This document shows positions 31,131 to 38,745 of a stretch of 64,000 nucleotides of DNA, piece after piece. This DNA comes from Parcubacteria group bacterium. Its GTDB lineage: Bacteria > Patescibacteriota > Minisyncoccia > JACPHC01. Every line of letters begins with the position of its first letter. The first letter of the stretch is position 1. Made by a program: the position numbers and the translations under genes. The stretch is taken from positions 28,097-92,096 of the forward strand of contig JACPHC010000007.1 in NCBI GenBank assembly GCA_016188775.1, written 5' to 3'. The notes below the pieces were generated by a model. That model saw only the letters and a list, made by a program, of their open reading frames with translations. It made no database searches and had not been told where the DNA came from.

Positions 31131-31694
31131 ATGTCTCCGTTTCAAGCGCAAATGAGCAACGTTGCCTTAGACCTTTTTTTGCAAGTTTGGGACGATTTTT
31201 TGTTTTATTTATCGTCTTCGTTGGGAGATCAAATTTTATTTGCTTTTAAACTTATCGCCCTGATTATTTCTTTATTGCTTGGCGCGGCCATAGCTTATTT
31301 ATTAATTCAGATAAATCCGGTTGGCAAAAAAATTTCCGACCTGAAAGAAATTTTGCGAAGATCGTCTTTGGAAAAAGGCCGGGTTATCAAGGGCTGGAAA
31401 AAGATAATGGAAAGAATGAGTCAGCCGAACGAAGCGGATTATAAATTGGCGATCATAGAAGCGGACAAACTTTTTGACAATTTGCTTTTGGAAATCGGAT
31501 ACAAAGGAGAGACAATGGCGGAGAAACTGAAAAAAATAAACAAGGCCCAGCTTGCTTCGCTGGACGATCTTTGGCGGGCGCATAAGATAAGAAACGAGCT
31601 TGTCCATAATCCGGATTTTAAATTGGCGCGGCTTGAGGCCGAGGAGGCGATTAATATCTACAAAAAAGCCTTGGAGGAATTTGAAATTTTGTAA
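31131..31694 (+). CDS. hypothetical membrane protein (no gatB follows gatA)
   Basis: 187 aa with one transmembrane helix and no recognisable domain. Confidence 0.4.
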   Translation: MSPFQAQMSNVALDLFLQVWDDFLFYLSSSLGDQILFAFKLIALIISLLLGAAIAYLLIQINPVGKKISDLKEILRRSSLEKGRVIKGWKKIMERMSQPNEADYKLAIIEADKLFDNLLLEIGYKGETMAEKLKKINKAQLASLDDLWRAHKIRNELVHNPDFKLARLEAEEAINIYKKALEEFEIL

Positions 31695-31723
31695 TAATTT
31701 AATACTTGTATAATATATTTATT

Positions 31724-31755
31724 TAGCACTTACTTGCTATCGCTTATAAGTGCTA
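31724..31755. repeat. 32-bp palindromic element TAGCACTTAC-N12-ATAAGTGCTA (copy 2)
   Basis: Same family as 2760..2791 and 36524..36555. It lies about 115 bp upstream of the tRNA promoter. Confidence 0.6.
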
Positions 31756-31838
31756 TATCTGTTTCTATCTCGTAAAATTATCAATGATTCGATCCATTGG
31801 TAAAAAATAAAATTGGACTAACTGAACTAACAAAAAAT

Positions 31839-31867
31839 TTGCAAATTATCAAATTTTAAATTATAAT
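31839..31867 (+). promoter_or_regulatory. sigma70-like promoter for the tRNA at 31873 (TTGCAA-17-TATAAT)
   Basis: The -35 is at 31839..31844 and the -10 at 31862..31867, 5 nt upstream of the tRNA 5' end. Confidence 0.4.
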
Positions 31868-31872
31868 TTTTT

Positions 31873-31943
31873 CGCGGGATAGAGAAGCAGTATCTCGGGA
31901 GGCTCATAACCTCCAGACCCCGGTGCAAGTCCGGGTCCCGCAA
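31873..31943 (+). tRNA. tRNA-Met (anticodon CAT), initiator-like with a C1·A72 mismatch
   Basis: Cloverleaf CGCGGGA-TA-GAGA-AGCAGTA-TCTC-G-GGAGG-CTCATAA-CCTCC-AGAC-CCCGG-TGCAAGT-CCGGG-TCCCGCA-A. The T-loop has G where U55 is expected. Followed by ACA, not CCA. Confidence 0.55.
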
Positions 31944-32005
31944 CATTACGATCCTTTCAGCTTGAATTTTTCAGTGACCACGGTGTCATCCCTTCGGGAG
32001 ATCGC

Positions 32006-32025
32006 CCGCAGGGCGACAAGTCCGG
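32006..32025 (+). repeat. direct duplicate of the tRNA-Met 3' end (T-loop 3' half, T-stem, acceptor 3' strand, ACA), 60 nt downstream of the intact gene
   Basis: caagtccgggtcccgcaaca occurs at 31926..31945 and at 32006..32025. The intervening 60 nt contain two small GC hairpins. Confidence 0.6.
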
Positions 32026-32101
32026 GTCCCGCAACAAATTTTTATCCAGTAAAATTTACAAGGTCGACACAGTGAAATTAATTTTAATTAAATTATAAAA
32101 T

Positions 32102-32569
32102 ATGTTTTTACTTTTACTTATTGGCCGAATTATTTTAGGCGGTTATTTTATAATGAACGGCGTTACGCATTTGTCCGGATTTAAAATGATCAAGCAATAC
32201 GCCGAGTATAAAAAACTCCCGATGCCGGGATTTGGCGTTGTTATTTCCGGCTTGGCTTGGCTTATCGGCGGACTGGCTATTTTGCTTGGCGTTTATATTC
32301 AGTTGGGCATTTGGCTTTTGATTATTTTTCTTCTTGGAGCCGCTTTTAAATTCCACGATTTCTGGAACGAGGCTGATTTTAACGTAAAAATGGCTCAACA
32401 GGCGCATTTTGCCAAAAATATCGCTTTGGCCGCCAGTCTTTTGGTTATTCTGGGACTATTGAAAATCAGCGGAGATAATTTGGCTATTCGCGGTTCAGGT
32501 TTAGTTTGTAAAGTTCGGCCGGGCCTTTGCCAGCCTGTTCCGACCGGTTGGAGAAAGTTTATTTACTAA
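32102..32569 (+). CDS. DoxX-family membrane protein
   Basis: Four transmembrane helices; DoxX-like GGYFIMNGVTHL. Confidence 0.6.
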   Translation: MFLLLLIGRIILGGYFIMNGVTHLSGFKMIKQYAEYKKLPMPGFGVVISGLAWLIGGLAILLGVYIQLGIWLLIIFLLGAAFKFHDFWNEADFNVKMAQQAHFAKNIALAASLLVILGLLKISGDNLAIRGSGLVCKVRPGLCQPVPTGWRKFIY

Positions 32570-33895
32570 CTTTTTGAATTTTTCTCCTCGGATTCTGGAA
32601 TTCAAAAACATATCCAAACTCGCTGAAGCGGGCGAAAAAAGAACAATTTCGTCCGTTTTGGCTTTATTTTGAGCTATAAAAACGGCTTTTTCCAAAGTGG
32701 CTGTTTTTTCTATATTAATATTTTTTTTGGTTCTTGAAGCCGCTTGGGCGATTAAGGAACCAGTTTGGCCAATAGTAATTAAAAATTTGACTTTTTGAGC
32801 TATTTTTTGGCCTAATTTTTTAAAATTGAGATTTTTACTGGCTCCGCCGGCAATTAATATAATCGGCTGTTGAAAAGAATTTAGGGCCGCGATAGTTGAA
32901 ACGGGTGTTGTTGAGGCCGAGTCGTTAAAAAATTTAACGCCGTTTATTTCCCTGACAAATTCAATCCGATGTTCAACGCCGGGGAAATTTTTTATAGTTT
33001 TTTTGATTATAGATTTTGGAATTTTTAGAATTTTCGCGGCTTTAATAACGGCTAAAATATTTTCAAGACTGTGATCGCCGCGAAGAGTTATCGGGATGTT
33101 TAAGCTTTTTAAAATTTTTCTCTCCTTTTTTAAATTAAAAAATATTCTTCGCGCTTTAATTTTTTTTGCGACTTCTAAGCTTTTAAAATTACTTTCGTTG
33201 ATAACGGCGAAATCTTTTTTTGTCTGATTTTGAAAAATTATTTTTTTGGCTTGAATATAATGTCGCAAATTCGGATACCGATCCAAATGGTCTTCGTAGA
33301 TATTGGTCAGGACCGCGATAAAAGGCTTGAAGTTTTTATTGTTTTTTAAAAGTTCGAGCTGGAAACTGGAAAGCTCCAGCAGGACATAAGTTCGCGAATC
33401 AATTTTTTTCAAATCAGAAAGAAGGGATTTTCCCAGATTGCCGCCCAAGATGAATTTTTTATTCGCTGTTTTTAGAAGGCGAGCGATGAGCGAGACAGTG
33501 GTAGTTTTGCCTTTGGCGCCGGTAACTGCGATGATTTTGTTTGTTTTCGGGCTAGTTAGATTTATAAAAATTCCAATTTCGCTCTGGATTTTGGTTCCAT
33601 GTTTTTGAGCGATTTTTAAATAAGGCGAGTTTAACGAAATAGCCGGACTGGCCACGACGATTTCATTTTCTCTGAAAATATTTTTCGGATGTTTGCCCAG
33701 ATAATATTTAATCGGAAGATTTTTTAATTTTTTCAAACTAGGCTCCAATTCCTTTTTTGTCCGCAAATCGGTTATTGTAATTTTAGCTCTTTGTTTTGCC
33801 AAAAATTTGGCGACTGCCATTCCGCCATTCTGAAGCCCCAACCCCATAATCAGTATTTTTTTGTTTTTAAATTCGTTTCGCATAAGTTTTATCAT
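32501..33895 (-). CDS. murD: UDP-N-acetylmuramoylalanine--D-glutamate ligase MurD
   Basis: Mur ligase ATP-binding motif GAKGKTTT; N-terminal Rossmann fold ILIMGLGLQNGG. Confidence 0.85.
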   Translation of the reverse strand: MIKLMRNEFKNKKILIMGLGLQNGGMAVAKFLAKQRAKITITDLRTKKELEPSLKKLKNLPIKYYLGKHPKNIFRENEIVVASPAISLNSPYLKIAQKHGTKIQSEIGIFINLTSPKTNKIIAVTGAKGKTTTVSLIARLLKTANKKFILGGNLGKSLLSDLKKIDSRTYVLLELSSFQLELLKNNKNFKPFIAVLTNIYEDHLDRYPNLRHYIQAKKIIFQNQTKKDFAVINESNFKSLEVAKKIKARRIFFNLKKERKILKSLNIPITLRGDHSLENILAVIKAAKILKIPKSIIKKTIKNFPGVEHRIEFVREINGVKFFNDSASTTPVSTIAALNSFQQPIILIAGGASKNLNFKKLGQKIAQKVKFLITIGQTGSLIAQAASRTKKNINIEKTATLEKAVFIAQNKAKTDEIVLFSPASASLDMFLNSRIRGEKFKKLVNKLSPTGRNRLAKARPNFTN

Positions 33896-34104
33896 AGCAT
33901 TGAAAATTTGATTTTTGAATGCTAAATTATTATTGACCTTTTGCGAAATAATTTTTCGTAATGAAATTTGAAGATTTTGAGCGAAAATTGTGAAGAGTGA
34001 GGAAGCCGTATTTGGTTAAAAATACGGATACGAGCTCTGAACAATTTGCAGCCAAAATATTAAAATTGAAATAGAAAAGATTATTTCGCAAGAGGTCTAT
34101 ATTC

Positions 34105-34176
34105 GCCGGCGTAGCTCAGTGGCAGAGCGAGGCTTTCATAAGGCCGAGGTCAGAGGTTCGAATCCTCTCGCCGGCA
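34105..34176 (+). tRNA. tRNA-Met or tRNA-Ile2 (anticodon CAT), elongator type
   Basis: GCCGGCG-TA-GCTC-AGTGGCA-GAGC-G-AGGCT-TTCATAA-GGCCG-AGGT-CAGAGG? / T-arm GAGG-TTCGAAT-CCTC with acceptor CGCCGGC-A. Position 1-72 is paired. The anticodon stem has an A27·G43 mismatch. Confidence 0.7.
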
Positions 34177-34214
34177 CAAATTGCGTTTTTTGTTTATTTA
34201 ATTAAAATAATAAT

Positions 34215-35060
34215 ATGGAAGAAAACACAGAACATAAATACCATCATATAATGCCTCATCCGCCAAAGGTGATGATTTATTTCGTCAGTTTGTTTTTAAT
34301 AGTTATTTCGTTCAACTATTTTTTAGATTCTATTAAGATTTTAAAATCAATTAGAGCCGAGAAAAAAACTATCTCCGTCTCGGCCGAAGGCAAGCTTAGC
34401 GCGGTTCCGGATATCGCCTCTTTGACCTTATCGGTTATTATCGAAGATAAAGATCCAAAAAAAGTTGAATCGGAAAATTCTAAAAAAGCCAATGGAATTA
34501 TTGATTTTGTAAAATCGCTTGGAGTCAAAAGCGAAGACATAAAAACTTCCAATTATTCTTTAACGCCAAAGTATTATTATCCCTACGATTACCCGAGAAT
34601 TCCTTGTCCGCTTGAATCGGAAGTGATTTCGCCCAAGCCTTTTCTCTGTCCGCCGAAATTTTCTTTGATTATCGGCTATGAGTTGAATCAATCCATTAGT
34701 TTAAAAATCAGAGATTTTAAAATAATCGGCAGTGTTATTTCCGGTTCAATTGAAGCTGGCGCGAATCAAATTAGCGGCGTCAGTTTTTCCATTGAAGATC
34801 CGGATAAATTAAAAAATGAAGCCAAGAAATTAGCCATTGAATCGGCTAAAGAAAAAGCTAAAGAATTGGCTAAGTCCGCTGGCGTCAGATTGGGCCGAGT
34901 GGTTTCTTTTTCCGAAGGAGAAATTTTTTCCCCCCAACCCAGATTCTTAGAAGCCGGAACTGTCGGCGCGTTTAAATCCGAAAGCGCGGTTTTGCCCCAG
35001 ATTGAGCCGGGCTCGGAAGAAGTCAGAGCAACAATGAGCGTTATTTTTGAAATAAAATAA
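34215..35060 (+). CDS. SIMPL-domain (DUF541) membrane-anchored protein
   Basis: N-terminal transmembrane helix; C-terminal region resembles the 26-kDa periplasmic immunogenic protein family (KLKNEAKKLAIESAKEKAKELAKSAGVRLGRVVSFSEG). Confidence 0.55.
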   Translation: MEENTEHKYHHIMPHPPKVMIYFVSLFLIVISFNYFLDSIKILKSIRAEKKTISVSAEGKLSAVPDIASLTLSVIIEDKDPKKVESENSKKANGIIDFVKSLGVKSEDIKTSNYSLTPKYYYPYDYPRIPCPLESEVISPKPFLCPPKFSLIIGYELNQSISLKIRDFKIIGSVISGSIEAGANQISGVSFSIEDPDKLKNEAKKLAIESAKEKAKELAKSAGVRLGRVVSFSEGEIFSPQPRFLEAGTVGAFKSESAVLPQIEPGSEEVRATMSVIFEIK

Positions 35061-35087
35061 ATTTTACCCCTTCTATGTTTTTTAAAA

Positions 35088-35125
35088 AAACGACTTCGTG
35101 AAAACGAAGTCGTTTTGACTTTTTA
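35088..35125 (+). terminator. rho-independent terminator (acgacttcgt/acgaagtcgt)
   Basis: 10-bp stem with a GAAA loop and a T-tract. Confidence 0.5.
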
Positions 35126-35192
35126 GATCAATTAATGTATTTTTAGATTAGATTTTTTGAAAATTAATATTTAACAGAAAAAAGGAGAAAAA

Positions 35193-36377
35193 ATGAAAAA
35201 ATTTCTGTTTATTCTTGTTTTAGCTGTTTTGATTTTTCCAATGGTTTCTTACGCTTATTATGATTTAGGCGTAAATTATTCGTTAAAAGAGAATTATCTT
35301 CAAGGAGAAAAATTAGGGGCCAGTTCAGCGTTGTCTGATTATCTGGTAATGTGGGAAAAAGGCCAGCCGGTTATTTATATTAGTTATTCAATTTCGGAAA
35401 ACTCCGAAGAGAGTAAAAATAATCTTTCGTTAATTAAAAATCGATTTGATTTTGGCGCTTCGATGACGCTTGCTGAAAACTTGAAATTCAAATTCGCCGG
35501 CTCCAATCTTTTAGAAGAAAACACGGATAAATTTTCCGCTTACGGAATGTATTTAATCTGGCGGCCGAACCAATTTTTGAAAAAGATGGAATTGGGAGCG
35601 GAAATGGATACGGAATTAAAAACGTTTTATTTCGCGGCCAGCCGTTTTAATTTTTTTCACAAAGATGACTTCGATTATAATTGGCTGCTTGGATTTTCCA
35701 GTGAAAATACTTCTGATTCTGTTTCACAAAGATTTGGTTTCGGAAGCAATATGGGTCTTGGGGGTTATTCCGCGGTTATTGCTTTGACTCAAAATTTAGA
35801 CGATGGCGGACAGACGAGACTTTATGGCCTTGCGAAAAATAACAGTTTCATCGCGGTTTTTCGCGATAAGCCTGAAAGCGATTACTGGCTAGGCATCCTG
35901 ACTTTAAAGGGGCAAGCGTTAAATCTTAGAGCTAATCAAGAAATTTTTGACGCGTTCTTTGCCGGTTCTTTGTCTGGCACAAGAGTCGTTGCTAATCGGA
36001 ATTTTGATAAAATAGGCCTTTCACCGGCCTATCAAATTCAGGATTATGGAAAATTAGTTTTGAGCGTCAGCGTGTCCAAAATTGATATTGACGGCGCCAA
36101 TCTTTTAAATGACGCTCAAGAAATTGATTGGACTTTGGGCGATGCTTGGAAGATAAAATCTTTTTATCTTTCCGGCGGCCGAGTGGGGGAGACTAATCTT
36201 TTTTATAATTCCTTAAAAATGGGACTGGCCGAAGATTATCAAACAAGTTTGAGTCTCGGTTTTGGCGGCAAGGTTTCAATGTTTGACGTTCCGACGCGCT
36301 TCAGTATTACCAATTTTTACAGCTTAAATCAGTCTAATTGGGCTGGAGTTTCAACCCAGCTGATTTTCTCTTTTTAG
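35193..36377 (+). CDS. secreted hypothetical protein, possibly beta-rich / barrel-like
   Basis: Signal peptide MKKFLFILVLAVLIFPMVSYA; Gly/Ser/aromatic-rich alternating pattern; C-terminal ...LIFSF. Confidence 0.4.
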   Translation: MKKFLFILVLAVLIFPMVSYAYYDLGVNYSLKENYLQGEKLGASSALSDYLVMWEKGQPVIYISYSISENSEESKNNLSLIKNRFDFGASMTLAENLKFKFAGSNLLEENTDKFSAYGMYLIWRPNQFLKKMELGAEMDTELKTFYFAASRFNFFHKDDFDYNWLLGFSSENTSDSVSQRFGFGSNMGLGGYSAVIALTQNLDDGGQTRLYGLAKNNSFIAVFRDKPESDYWLGILTLKGQALNLRANQEIFDAFFAGSLSGTRVVANRNFDKIGLSPAYQIQDYGKLVLSVSVSKIDIDGANLLNDAQEIDWTLGDAWKIKSFYLSGGRVGETNLFYNSLKMGLAEDYQTSLSLGFGGKVSMFDVPTRFSITNFYSLNQSNWAGVSTQLIFSF

Positions 36378-36523
36378 AAGCGTAAATTTAAAAGCAGACA
36401 GAAATGCCTGCTTTTGTTTTTTAATAAAGTCTATATTCTAAGATAACTTGGGCGCTCTCAAAAAAACCAGTAAAAATTTCAAACAACCCTCATTTATATT
36501 ATTTATTTTTTTAGTATTTTATT

Positions 36524-36555
36524 TAGCACTTATAAGCGATAGCAAATAAGTGCTA
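36524..36555. repeat. 32-bp palindromic element TAGCACTTAT-N12-ATAAGTGCTA (copy 3, loop inverted relative to copies 1 and 2)
   Basis: About 145 bp upstream of tRNA-Asp. Confidence 0.6.
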
Positions 36556-36701
36556 AAATTAAAAGTAAATTTAAATAAGTTAAATAAGTTAAGTAAGTTA
36601 ATTAGTTTATCAAATCTAAATATAAAGTTTGCTTCGTATGAGATTTGCGTGTTCAAATAAAATTTGGTAGATTATTATGCCTTAATAATTTTTTAAATTT
36701 T

Positions 36702-36777
36702 GCAGCCGTGGTGTAGTCTGGTCTAACATGCCTCCCTGTCACGGAGGAGATCGCCGGTTCAAATCCGGTCGGCTGCG
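36702..36777 (+). tRNA. tRNA-Asp (anticodon GTC)
   Basis: GCAGCCG-TG-GTGT-AGTCTGGTCTA-ACAT-G-CCTCC-CTGTCAC-GGAGG-AGATC-GCCGG-TTCAAAT-CCGGT-CGGCTGC-G. Confidence 0.85.
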
Positions 36778-36784
36778 CAAAATT

Positions 36785-36947
36785 TAACGCGAACCGTAAA
36801 ACGATATCGCCGGTTTGGCCCGGGAAAGGGGTCGGGAAAACGAGAGTTTTCCCGTGGCGGAAGCAGCGAACGAAGTGAGCGTTGAAACCGCAAGGTTTCA
36901 ACGCGCAGCGAAGCGAGCAGTGAAAATCCGGTCGGCTGCGCAAAATT
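36785..36947 (+). other. 139-nt insertion after tRNA-Asp followed by a 24-nt direct duplicate of the tRNA 3' end (aaatccggtcggctgcgcaaaatt)
   Basis: The 24-mer occurs at 36761..36784 and at 36924..36947. The insert contains an 11-bp perfect hairpin (gcgttgaaacc/ggtttcaacgc) flanked by GCAGCGAA(C)GA(A)G direct repeats. A small terminator follows at 36948..36975. Confidence 0.55.
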
Positions 36948-37164
36948 AAAAATGCCCGAAAGGGTATTTTTTTGATGGATTTTAAGTTTGCTTTTTATTA
37001 TTTTTTTGCTAAAATAAAGATATGCCCAGTAGAAGAATTTCGATAGATTTCTTTTTTTATCATCAGATTATTACTTTTTATCTGGGTATATAATTTATTA
37101 TTAACAATTTCGACTTTCTATCCCAAGAAATCTTAATGATAGAATCGAAATTTCTCTACTGGGT

Positions 37165-37560
37165 ATGTCAGGTCGACGTTATTTCTGGTTTTTTAGCGTT
37201 ATTCTTATTTTATCCGGGATTAGTTTAGCGGGAATTTTTTATATAACCAATCCCAGGGAAGCGGGACTGATTTTGAAATTATTGATTTACGCGAATATTT
37301 TTTTCTTATTTTTCTCTTTTTTTTCGGTTCTATTTCTTAAATTAAGAAGATTTTTTAAACCCGACGGATTGATTTTTGAAGAGGTCAGCGTTTCTTTAAG
37401 GCAAGCCGGCCTTTTAGCTTTATTTTTGGCCATTCTCGCGTTTTTTTCTTCCCGAAAATTATTAAAATTTTATTTCATAATTCCTTTAGGTTCTATTTTT
37501 TTAATTCCGGAAATATATTTTTACTATAAAATAGTTAAAAGGAAAATATTTGGCGATTAA
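37165..37560 (+). CDS. small polytopic membrane protein (hypothetical)
   Basis: 131 aa with three or four predicted transmembrane helices. Confidence 0.35.
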   Translation: MSGRRYFWFFSVILILSGISLAGIFYITNPREAGLILKLLIYANIFFLFFSFFSVLFLKLRRFFKPDGLIFEEVSVSLRQAGLLALFLAILAFFSSRKLLKFYFIIPLGSIFLIPEIYFYYKIVKRKIFGD

Positions 37561-38557
37561 AATGGAAAAAGTTAATCTCAAAAATTTAAAGTTAAAAGCC
37601 GAAGAAGAGATTAAAAAAATATCATCGCTCAAAGAGCTCGATGATTTATATCGTTTTTATCTCGGCCGGAAAGGCGAATTAAATAAAATTTTTGACTCGC
37701 TGAAAATTTTGCCGTTGATTCAAAGAAAAAAAATAGCGGCTGACGCCAACGATTTTAAAAATAATTTAAATAAACTTTTTAAGGAGTATAAAGATCTGAT
37801 AAAAAAGGAAGTGGAAAAAACCGTTTTTAAAATGGAGCGGATCGATGTTTCCAGGCCCGGCCGGGAAGTTAAGATTGGCCATTGGCATCCGATTATCAAA
37901 ATACAGCGCGAGATTGAAGGCATATTTGAAAGTTTGGGCTTTGAAGTTGTTTTCGGTCCGGAAATTGAAACCGAATACTATAATTTTACGGCTCTAAACG
38001 TCGGGCCGGATCATCCGGCGCGCGATATGCAATCAAGTTTTTGGATTGACGAGAAAAAGGGATTGCTTTTAAGGACTCAAACTTCGCCGCTCCAGATTCG
38101 CTATATGGAAAAAAATTTTCCTCCCTTTCGAATGATCGCGCCCGGCCGGGTTTTTCGCTATGAAGCCACGGACGCCACTCACGATATTCAGTTTTATCAA
38201 GCGGAAGGCCTGATGATTGATAAAGATATTTCCGTGGCGAATTTTAAATCCGTGATTCATGATTTTTTCCGCCGGCTTTTTCATCCGAAAATAGAAATTC
38301 GGCTGGTTCCCAGTTATTTTCCTTTTGTCGAACCCGGTTTTGAGATTTATATTCGAGATAAAAACGGCAAATGGCTGGAGGTGATGGGCGCGGGAATGGT
38401 TCACTCGGATGTTTTAAAAAGAGTCGGCATCAATTCTGGGGAGTGGCAAGGTTTCGCTTTTGGCTTGGGGCCGGACAGGCTGGCGATGATTAAATACGGC
38501 ATCAATGATATTCGGCTATTTCATTCAAGCGATTTGAGATTTCTTCATCAATTCTAA
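37550..38557 (+). CDS. pheS: phenylalanine--tRNA ligase alpha subunit
   Basis: Class II aaRS motifs FRMIAPGRVFR and GLGPDRLAMI. Confidence 0.9.
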   Translation: MAIKMEKVNLKNLKLKAEEEIKKISSLKELDDLYRFYLGRKGELNKIFDSLKILPLIQRKKIAADANDFKNNLNKLFKEYKDLIKKEVEKTVFKMERIDVSRPGREVKIGHWHPIIKIQREIEGIFESLGFEVVFGPEIETEYYNFTALNVGPDHPARDMQSSFWIDEKKGLLLRTQTSPLQIRYMEKNFPPFRMIAPGRVFRYEATDATHDIQFYQAEGLMIDKDISVANFKSVIHDFFRRLFHPKIEIRLVPSYFPFVEPGFEIYIRDKNGKWLEVMGAGMVHSDVLKRVGINSGEWQGFAFGLGPDRLAMIKYGINDIRLFHSSDLRFLHQF

Positions 38558-38745
38558 CAAGGCGGTTTTAAATCGAGATCTGTAGATCCCTTACACGATA
38601 ATCTTTTCTACTACAATTATGCCTTTTCGGCTGCAAACAATTCATCGCTCGTCAATGAATATTCTGTATTCATCTCCTCGCGCTTCATTGTTTTCGCTCG
38701 AAAAAGAAGAATTTCGTGACGAAAAATTATTACGCAAAAGGTCTT

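Noticed and set aside
31926-32030. RNase P RNA / riboswitch call based on the twice-repeated AAGTCCGGGTCCCGC, which resembles the RNase P P4 strand AAGUCCGGGCUCC
   Set aside because: The GC-rich segment is only about 170 nt. The first copy is fully explained as the T-arm and acceptor strand of a well-formed tRNA-Met cloverleaf, and the second copy is an exact duplicate of that tRNA 3' end. No other RNase P, SRP, tmRNA or riboswitch consensus blocks are present.
36653-36943. 96-aa minus-strand ORF
   Set aside because: It lies on top of tRNA-Asp and its duplicated 3' end, and it is GC-hairpin sequence read in frame.
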